Part shown: positions 61,240 through 64,000 of the stretch, one piece after another
Layout: each line of letters starts with the position of its first letter
Numbering within the stretch: the first letter of the stretch is position 1
Source of the DNA: Laetmonice hystrix
Taxonomy: Eukaryota
Assembly (NCBI GenBank): GCA_965235115.1
Contig: OZ249439.1
Location: forward strand, 2,170,001 to 2,234,000
Length of the DNA: 64,000 nucleotides
Direction: 5' to 3'
Position numbers and translations under genes: made by a program
The notes under the pieces: generated by a model
What the model was told of the DNA's origin: nothing
What the model saw: only the letters and a program-made list of their open reading frames with translations
Databases searched by the model: none

Positions 61240-64000
61240 GCCGGCAGTATTAGGACTGAGTGACTGACCCGTGTAACCAGGCAGTCCCCTCATTGGTTGG
61301 AGGCAGTATTAGGACTGAATAACTGACCCGTGTAACCAGGCAGTCCCCCTCCCTCATTGGTTGGAGGCAGTATTAGGACTGAGTGACAGACCCGTGTAAC
61401 CAGGCAGTCCCCCTCATTGGTTGGAGGCAGTATTAGGACTGAGTGACTGACCCGTGTAACCAGGCAGTCCCCTCATTGGTTGGAGGCAGTATTAGGACTG
61501 AGTGACTGACCTGTGTAACCAGGCAGTCCCCCTCATTGGTTGGAGGCAGTATTAGGACTGAGTGACTGACCCGTGTAACCAGGCAGTCCCTCTCATTGGT
61601 TGGAGGCAGTATTAGGACTGAGTGACTGACCCGTGTAACCAGGCAGTCCCCCTCATTGGTTGGAGGCAGTATTAGGACTGAGTGACAAACCCGTGGCCTT
61701 GGTTGGAGGCAGTATTAGGACTGAGTGACAGACCCGTGTAACCAGGCAGTCCCTTCATTGGTTGGAGGCAGTATTAGGACTGAGTGACTGACCCGTGTAA
61801 CCAGGCAGTCCCCTCATTGGTTGGAGGCAGTATTAGGACTGAGTGACTGACCCGTGTAACCAGGCAGTCCCACCATTGGTTGGAGGCAGTATTAGGACTG
61901 AGTGACTGACCCGTGTAACCAGGCAGTCCCCCTCATTGGTTGGAGGCAGTATTAGGACTGAGTGACTGACCCGTGGCCTTGGTTGGAGGCAGTATTAGGA
62001 CTGAGTGACTGACCCGTGTAACCAGGCAGTCCCCCTCATTGGTTGGAGGCAGTATTAGGACTGAGTGACTGACCCGTGGCCTTGGTTGGAGGCAGTATTA
62101 GGACTGAGTGACTGACCCGTGTAACCAGGCAGTCCCCCTCATCGGTTGGAGGCAGTATTAGGACTGAGTAACTGACCCGTATAACCAGGCAGTCCCCTCA
62201 TTGGTTGGAGGCAGTATTAGGACTGAGTGACTGACCCGTGTAACCAGGCAGTCCCCCTCATTGGTTGGAGGCAGTATTAGGACTGAGTGACTGACCCGTG
62301 TAACCAGGCAGTCCCCCTCATTGGTTGGAGGCAGTATTAGGACTGAGTTACTGACCAGTGTAACCAGGCAGTCCCCCTCATTGGTTGGAGGCAGTATTAG
62401 GACTGAGTGACTGACCCGTGGCCTTGGTTGGAGGCAGTATTAGGACTGAGTGACTGACCCGTGTAACCAGGCAGTCCCCCTCATTGGTTGGAGGCAGTAT
62501 TAGGACTGAGTGACTGACCCGTGTAACCAGGCAGTCCCCCTCATTGGTTGGAGGCAGTATTAGGACTGAGTGACGGACCCGTGTAACCAGGCAGTCCCCC
62601 TCATTGGTTGGAGGCAGTATTAGGACTGAGTGACTGACCCGTGTAACCAGGCAGTCCCCCTCATTGGTTGGAGGCAGTATTAGGACTGAGTGACGGACCC
62701 GTGTAACCAGGCAGTCCCCCTCATTGGTTGGAGGCAGTATTAGGACTGAGTGACTGACCCGTGTAACCAGGCAGTCCCCTCATTGGTTGGAGGCAGTATT
62801 AGGACTGAGTGACTGACCAGTGTAACCAGGCAGTCCCCCTCATTGGTTGGAGGCAGTATTAGGACTGAGTGACTGACCAGTGTAACCAGGCAGTCCCCCT
62901 CATTGGTTGGAGGCAGTATTAGGACTGAGTGACTGGCCCGTGTAACCAGGCAGTCCCCCTCATTGGTTGGAGGCAGTATTAGGACTAAGTGACTGACCTG
63001 TGTAACCAGGCAGTCCCCTCATTGGTTGGAGGCAGTATTAGGACTGAGTGACTTACCCGTGTAACCAGGCAGTCCCCTCATTGGTTGGAGGCAGTATTAG
63101 GACTGAGTAACTGACCCGTGTAACCAGGCAGTCCCCTCATTGGTTGGAGGCAGTATTAGGACTGAGTGACTGACCCGTGTAACCAGGCAGTCCCCCTCAT
63201 TGGTTGGAGGCAGTATTAGGACTGAGTGACTGACCAGTGTAACCAGGCAGTCCCCCTCATTGGTTGGAGGCAGTATTAGGACTGAGTGACTGACCAGTGT
63301 AACCAGGCAGTCCCCCTCATTGGTTGGAGGCAGTATTAGGACTGAGTGACTGGCCCGTGTAACCAGGCAGTCCCCCTCATTGGTTGGAGGCAGTATTAGG
63401 ACTAAGTGACTGACCTGTGTAACCAGGCAGTCCCCTCATTGGTTGGAGGCAGTATTAGGACTGAGTGACTGACCCGTGGCCTTGGTTGGAGGCAGTATTA
63501 GGACTGAGTAACTGACCCGTGTAACCAGGCAGTCCCCTCAGTGGTTGGAGGCAGTATTAGGACTGAGTGACTTACCCGTGTAACCAGGCAGTCCCCTCAT
63601 TGGTTGGAGGCAGTATTAGGACTGAGTGACTTACCCGTGTAACCAGCAGGTGGCCCCCCTCATTGGTTGGAGGCAGTATTAGGACTGAGTGACTGACCCG
63701 TGTAACCAGGCAGTCCCCTCATTGGTTGGAGGCAGTATTAGGACTGAGTGACTGACCTGTGTAACCAGGCAGTCCCCTCATTGGTTGGAGGCAGTATTAG
63801 GACTGAGTGACTGACCCGTGTAACCAGGCAGTCCCCCTCATTGGTTGGAGGCAGTATTAGGACTGAGTGACTGACCCGTGTAACCAGGCAGTCCCCCTCA
63901 TTGGTTGAAGGCAGTATTAGGACTGAGTGACTTACCCGTGTAACCAGCAGGTGGCCCCCCTCATTGGTTGGAGGCAGTATTAGGACTGAGTGACTGACCC
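61240..64000. repeat. 59/60-bp minisatellite, ~47 copies, runs off window end
   Basis: Unit CATTGGTTGGAGGCAGTATTAGGACTGAGTGACTGACCCGTGTAACCAGGCAGTCCCCCT, with shortened GTGGCCTTGGTTGG variants. Confidence 0.99.

Noticed and set aside
6365-64000. CRISPR-like appearance of the many 20-80 bp repeat arrays
   Set aside because: Units are head-to-tail with no unique spacers, there are no cas genes, and the context is eukaryotic.

Overview
This is eukaryotic, intron-rich DNA. The tRNA-derived SINE and the MITE types suggest a metazoan, probably an invertebrate, but that is inference and the species is not identified. By my hand tally about 37% of the window (~23-24 kb) is tandem repeat, in more than 30 mutually unrelated mini- and microsatellite arrays with units of 3-83 bp. 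Mobile DNA includes one intact tRNA-SINE with a 12-bp TSD and two TTAA-flanked Kolobok-like foldback elements. It also includes several GGCCC-ended Harbinger-like MITEs (two with clear CWG TSDs), MITE-like elements with a telomere-like core, and a frameshifted RecQ-helicase-like remnant. Protein-coding signal is limited to short candidate exons, mostly on the minus strand. The best-supported set is a phase-consistent 5-exon chain at 51.4-53.3 kb whose product I do not recognise. Nearly all long ORFs in the supplied track are artefacts of stop-free repeat units. There is no prokaryotic-type gene, CRISPR array, rRNA or true tRNA gene. I did not find a convincing new biological system; the most promising leads are listed with tests. 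Array boundaries and copy numbers are approximate hand counts.
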